Source: Deinococcales bacterium (GTDB lineage Bacteria > Deinococcota > Deinococci > Deinococcales > JAAFIG01). From it: a stretch of DNA of 21,757 nt. Every line of letters begins with the position of its first letter. Position 1 is the stretch's first letter. The stretch spans positions 1-21,757 of the forward strand of contig JAYWGM010000055.1 of the NCBI GenBank assembly GCA_043778225.1, given 5' to 3'. Shown one piece after another: positions 17,875-21,757 of the stretch. The position numbers and the translations under genes are program-made. The notes under the pieces were generated by a model, which was given only the letters and a program-made list of their open reading frames with translations, did no database searches and had not been told where the DNA came from.

Positions 17875-18858
17875 ATGGAATACAAATTGTTGGGTCGGAC
17901 GGGTTTTAACATCTCGAGCATCGGTTTTGGTGCATGGGCAATTGGTGGCACGTGGGGCGAAGTCCTCGACACCGACAGCATGAGCGCCCTGCATAAAGCC
18001 TTGGATATGGGCGTAAATTTTATAGACACCGCCGATGTTTACGGCGATGGTCGCTCCGAGCGTTTAATTGCCCAACTTCGAGCCGAGCGCAGCGAACCCT
18101 TTTTTGTTGCCACCAAGGCTGGGCGCAGACTGCCTAAACAAACAGTCGAGGGTTACAGCCAAGAAAACCTTCATGCTTGGGTCAAACGCAGTTTAGAAAA
18201 TCTCAAGCTCGAGACCATAGACCTGTTGCAATTGCACTGCCCACCAACCGATGTCTACCGCGCAGACGATGTTTTTCGTATTCTCGAGGAGATGAAGTCT
18301 TTGGGTATGATTCGGCACTATGGAATCAGCGTCGAAACGGTCGAAGAAGCCATGCTGGGTATTCAGTACGAAGGTGTGCAGAGCGTACAAATTATTTTTA
18401 ATTTGCTGCGTCTTAAACCCAGCGATGTGTTTTTTGCCGAAAGCATTAAACGCCAAGTTGGTATTCTGGCTCGAGTGCCGCTTGCCAGTGGCTTATTGAC
18501 TGGTAAAATGACGAAGGCTTCAAGTTTTGCTGCCGACGACCACCGTGCTTTTAATCGCAATGGCGAGGCATTCGATAAGGGCGAGACCTTTTCGGGTGTG
18601 CCGTACAATGTCGGCTTAGAGGCAGTCGAACGCCTGCGTGGGTTTGTCCCCAATGGCTCGAGTCTGACCCAATTTGCCTTGCGTTGGATTGGGATGTTCC
18701 CAGCCGTAACGTGCAGCATTCCGGGCGCAAAAAATGCCGCCCAAGCCGAGCAGAACTTTGCCGCCGCCGACCTGCCACCACTCGAGCCAGATGTGATGCA
18801 AGCCACTCGAGCGATTTACGACGATTTAATCCGCCAACACGTGCATGGCAGTTGGTGA
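17875..18858 (+). CDS. Aldo/keto reductase
   Basis: LGRTG..ISSIGFGAWAIGG, FIDTADVYGDGRSE, VATKAG, IDLLQLH and PLASGLLTGK. Likely start is ATG at 17875. Confidence 0.92.
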   Translation: MEYKLLGRTGFNISSIGFGAWAIGGTWGEVLDTDSMSALHKALDMGVNFIDTADVYGDGRSERLIAQLRAERSEPFFVATKAGRRLPKQTVEGYSQENLHAWVKRSLENLKLETIDLLQLHCPPTDVYRADDVFRILEEMKSLGMIRHYGISVETVEEAMLGIQYEGVQSVQIIFNLLRLKPSDVFFAESIKRQVGILARVPLASGLLTGKMTKASSFAADDHRAFNRNGEAFDKGETFSGVPYNVGLEAVERLRGFVPNGSSLTQFALRWIGMFPAVTCSIPGAKNAAQAEQNFAAADLPPLEPDVMQATRAIYDDLIRQHVHGSW

Positions 18859-18869
18859 TAAAATCTTTT

Positions 18870-19244
18870 ATGCCTAAAAAAGACATACCAAAAGACCCGA
18901 TTCGAGAACAACGAATTGATTATGAAATCGTGGTGGATGCCTACGACGAAATCGAACGGTCAATGGGCTGGTACTATTATCTTGATGAGAAACTGGTCTA
19001 TCCATTCTCGGCAAAATGTATCCTCGAGCGTCTTACCTCGCCTTTAGGAATTGGTGAACAAGTCAAAGTGCTTGGAATGCCAAGCGAAGAAGATTGCCAA
19101 GACGAGATGCTGGTTTTGGTCAAGTACAAAACAAAGAAATTAGCTGTTCCACTGGCGCAACTCGAGTGTTTATCCGAAGATGAAGATACCTTAGAAGCCG
19201 TAGCGGACTGGCATTATTGGGTTGGACGTGGTTACCAGTTTTAA
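18870..19244 (+). CDS. CcbP-family calcium-binding protein
   Basis: Acidic 124-aa protein with RIDYEIVVDAYD.E..MGWYYYL, PF.AKC, LAVPLAQL and AVADWHYWV, characteristic of the family. ATG at 18870. Confidence 0.75.
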   Translation: MPKKDIPKDPIREQRIDYEIVVDAYDEIERSMGWYYYLDEKLVYPFSAKCILERLTSPLGIGEQVKVLGMPSEEDCQDEMLVLVKYKTKKLAVPLAQLECLSEDEDTLEAVADWHYWVGRGYQF

Positions 19245-20224
19245 GCTAAATTCGAGTCGGTAAACGAGGCTGCATTAAACTCGAGAATCTGCGAACAGCG
19301 CTTTTGTAGTTGCACAAATGTTGTGAGCAGTTCAGGTGGTTGTTCGATTTGTACCATGCACCCCAAACCAAGCAGCAGGGCTGCAAATCTCTCGAGGTTG
19401 CTGCGCTGACACTGCATTCGTGTGCCAGCCTTTTCGGCGACCAATTCGGTCGCCCAAAGAGAAAGTTTGCCGCGCAGTACATCTGGCGGAAACTCGAGCC
19501 AAACACTGATTTGATATGTTTTTGGGGTATCTATAATGGTGCGGTGTAAAAAAGTAAGCGCATCAAAATTGGCTGGTGGAATAAAAGTCTGTTCAAGTAA
19601 CTCGAGTTGCTCGATGCGATCCAAGCGAAACGAGCGTATGTCATGGCGTAATTCGCACCAACCAACCGCGTACCAACGTCCTCCCAAATGCACCACTTGG
19701 TAAATCTGAACAGGGCGTACCGTCGGAGTTTTAGATTGACCAAGGTACGATAACCGTACCACTCGAGTTTGCCGCACCGCTTGTAAAAGTTGTTGTAATA
19801 CGGCTGTGTCGGTGTCAACTACCCAAGGAGCAATATCCATTTGCACCGCTTGCTCGAGGATGGTCATTTGTTGGCGCATGGTATCGGGCAAAACCCGCAG
19901 TAATTTGGCATGAACTGTTTCGGCGGCTGGGGTCAGGGTTTGTAAACCAAGCAACTGCAAAGCTCGCAAGCCAAAAGTCAGCGCCAAGGCTTCATCGTTG
20001 CTAAACATTAAAGGGGGAAGCCGAAAGCCAGCCTGAAGACGGTACGAGCCACCCACACCACGCTTACCTTGAATTGGGATACCCAAGTCTTGTAAACGCA
20101 AAATATAGCGCTGCACACTGCGCGGACTGACCTCAAGCCGACGTGCCAATTCGGCACAGGTGATGGTTTCTCGAGCTTGTAATAACTCGAGTACCGCCAG
20201 AACTCGCATCGAAGGGTCATACAT
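19241..20224 (-). CDS. HTH-WYL-WCX transcriptional regulator (YafY/PafBC/DriD-like)
   Basis: N-terminal wHTH ELARRLEVSPRSVQRYI, then GVGGSYRL and LPPLMFS; WYL domain RWYAVGWCELRHDIRSFRLDRI. Likely start is ATG at 20224. Confidence 0.92.
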   Translation of the reverse strand: MYDPSMRVLAVLELLQARETITCAELARRLEVSPRSVQRYILRLQDLGIPIQGKRGVGGSYRLQAGFRLPPLMFSNDEALALTFGLRALQLLGLQTLTPAAETVHAKLLRVLPDTMRQQMTILEQAVQMDIAPWVVDTDTAVLQQLLQAVRQTRVVRLSYLGQSKTPTVRPVQIYQVVHLGGRWYAVGWCELRHDIRSFRLDRIEQLELLEQTFIPPANFDALTFLHRTIIDTPKTYQISVWLEFPPDVLRGKLSLWATELVAEKAGTRMQCQRSNLERFAALLLGLGCMVQIEQPPELLTTFVQLQKRCSQILEFNAASFTDSNLA

Positions 20225-20246
20225 ATGACTACAGTATGCCCGAAAA

Positions 20247-20281
20247 ATACGACAAGTCCTGACGTAAATTGGCATTATGCT
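20247..20281 (+). promoter_or_regulatory. Putative WYL-regulator operator and dinB promoter
   Basis: Imperfect inverted repeat TACGACA-AGTCC-TGACGTA (20248-20266). The right half TGACGT lies 10 nt before TATGCT (20276-20281). Confidence 0.6.
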
Positions 20282-20300
20282 CTGTTCGGAGGTAACACCC

Positions 20301-20780
20301 ATGAATACGCCCACAGACCAACAACCAATGCTCTCGCCAACTCAGTACCTTGCCCATTGGCAAGGACACCGCAGCCTCACTCGCCGTATCATCGAAGCCT
20401 TTCCAGACGATCAATTATTTGGTTTTTCTGCCACCGAACCAATGCGACCCTTTGGCGCAATGGCTTGGGAACTACAACTGATTAGCGAGATGACCATGCG
20501 TGGTTTAACATCCGAAAACTGGGAAAGCCCAGATTGGAATAGACCACCCGATAAAACTATTTTATTGAGCGCATGGGATGCCCTGACCGAAGAAATCAAT
20601 CAGCAATTTACAAGCATTCCACTCGAGCAGTACCACAAAAATTACACCTTGGAATGGGGCGAAATGACAGGCTTGACTGTGTTGCTTTACAACATAGACA
20701 ACGAAATCCATCACCGCGGACAAGGCTATGTTTACCTACGGTTATTGGGCATTGAACCGCCTTTTTTCCACGAGCGTTAA
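20301..20780 (+). CDS. DinB/YfiT family protein (not DNA polymerase IV)
   Basis: HRSLTRRIIEAFPDD, MRPFGAM and NEIHHRGQGYVYLRLLGIEPP. RBS GGAGG at 20288. Confidence 0.88.
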   Translation: MNTPTDQQPMLSPTQYLAHWQGHRSLTRRIIEAFPDDQLFGFSATEPMRPFGAMAWELQLISEMTMRGLTSENWESPDWNRPPDKTILLSAWDALTEEINQQFTSIPLEQYHKNYTLEWGEMTGLTVLLYNIDNEIHHRGQGYVYLRLLGIEPPFFHER

Positions 20781-20788
20781 ACCTATTT

Positions 20789-20818
20789 GGCTCGAGTCAA
20801 TACGATTTGACTCGAGCC
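20789..20818. terminator. Perfect 12-bp hairpin between the convergent dinB and GNAT genes
   Basis: GGCTCGAGTCAA-TACGAT-TTGACTCGAGCC. U-tracts are weak. Confidence 0.5.
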
Positions 20819-21396
20819 TCGAGCCGCGCTTTTACCATTTGCCATTCGGATTGAAGCACACTAAAAATAATTTTGTCACGCACCAAACCATCAGCCCGAA
20901 TCGCAGATTGTCGCAGCATACCTTCTTTGGTTGCACCAAGTTTATTGATGCTGCCAATCGAACGTAAATTTTCGGCATCAATCGTAAATTGAACTCGGTT
21001 TGCACCCAATACTTCAAAAGCTCGAGTCAGCAGCAGTAACTTTGATTCAGCATTGGCTTGGCTGCCCCAGAAAGCTGGCATCAGTAACGTTCCAAGCTCG
21101 AGCGCCGCGTTTTTGGCTTGGACATGAAAAAGTAAAACCCGACCACAAATTGCACCTGTAGCCAACATCCGCACTGCCCAATGAACACTTTCAGAACGGC
21201 TTATTTGCTCCTCGAGATGGGTTTGAAAAGCCGCCACCGAAGTAAAATTTAAGTAGCCTGTTCCCGTAAAAGTCAGTGCTTGGGCATCAAACCATTCAAA
21301 CATTGGAGCAGCATGCAAAGCTGGCTCAAGCGGCTCGAGTCGAATGTGTTTTCCCTCGAGCAGCACTGGCTCGAGCCAAATTTCTTGGATGGTCAT
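20797..21396 (-). CDS. GNAT (RimJ/RimL-like) N-acetyltransferase
   Basis: LEGKHIRLEPL, LELGT...FWGS.ANAESKLLLLTRAFE, RVQFTIDAENLRS and LGATKEGMLR. Confidence 0.88.
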   Translation of the reverse strand: MTIQEIWLEPVLLEGKHIRLEPLEPALHAAPMFEWFDAQALTFTGTGYLNFTSVAAFQTHLEEQISRSESVHWAVRMLATGAICGRVLLFHVQAKNAALELGTLLMPAFWGSQANAESKLLLLTRAFEVLGANRVQFTIDAENLRSIGSINKLGATKEGMLRQSAIRADGLVRDKIIFSVLQSEWQMVKARLEARVKSY

Positions 21397-21415
21397 GATT
21401 TTATTCTGCCACAGA

Positions 21416-21550
21416 TTATACCGTCTTTATATAGATACTCTGTATTTCGCAGGTTTGAACCACCAACACAGGACGACGAAACCCTGGACTCGAGCCAATT
21501 GGGTTCAAACCAAGATTTGCCCACCAAATCTCGCCACGTTCAATTACCAT
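21416..21550 (-). pseudogene. mazF: Truncated PemK/MazF family toxin
   Basis: MVIERGEIWWANLG.NPIGSSPGFRRPVLVVQ is the typical MazF N-terminus. The ORF stops after 44 codons and the GNAT start follows 19 nt later. Confidence 0.8.
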
Positions 21551-21671
21551 TAGACCTCTTGCATAAGTCAGATTCGTGATGCACAGTACAGTATGGTCGT
21601 CAAGAGCAACCGATGGGAACACACTAAAAAGCCTACCTAGCCAAAATTTTCGCTGTCTTATACCAAGTTAT

Positions 21672-21702
21672 GTTAATCAGTTGTGTATTTTGACTGATTA
21701 AC
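21672..21702. promoter_or_regulatory. 10-bp perfect inverted repeat
   Basis: GTTAATCAGT-N11-ACTGATTAAC. Confidence 0.5.
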
Positions 21703-21757
21703 CGACTAAGCGACCCTGCCCGTGAGGTGCGTGTTTAGGGTCAAGAAAAGGAGTGAT

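Noticed and set aside
20301..20780. DNA polymerase IV (dinB)
   Set aside because: The protein is 159 aa with the HHRGQ metal motif of the DinB/YfiT four-helix family and has no Y-family polymerase motifs.
21668..21710. Deinococcus RDRM (DdrO box) or an IscB omega-RNA start
   Set aside because: Only the TTATGT half-site matches RDRM. The resemblance to omega-RNA scaffolds is faint and the segment is too short before the RBS.

Overview
Bacterial chromosomal window, probably from a Deinococcota (Deinococcales-like) organism. That assignment is inferred from the gene set (PxpB-PxpC fusion, G8 lipoprotein, WYL/DinB pair) and from many genes having a TANNNT -10 box 5-8 nt before the ATG, the signature of leaderless mRNAs. 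Bases 1-~2150 are the right end of a visibly AT-rich foreign island. It holds a 5'-truncated receiver-domain protein with a C-terminal HEPN-like RxxxxH motif, convergent with a C5 DNA methyltransferase. The rest is host-like: lspA, a G8/CEMIP-like lipoprotein, a Uma2 nuclease, a 26-bp tandem array, typA, pxpA, pxpBC, accB, accC, lysA, an ALDH10-like dehydrogenase, pdxY, a YbjN protein, a PLP aminotransferase, an aldo-keto reductase, a CcbP-like protein, a WYL regulator with dinB, a GNAT and a truncated mazF. The strongest unexplained signal is the palindrome CTCGAG: about 150 copies by hand count against about 5 expected, in all codon frames and in intergenic DNA, but only one copy in the island. 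It behaves like a HIP1-type highly iterated palindrome. Other highlights are a candidate REC-HEPN + MTase defence module, a single 8-bp palindrome that could act as a bidirectional leaderless -10 element, and a DriD/PafBC-like WYL operator upstream of dinB. All product calls come from motif recognition; no database searches were run.
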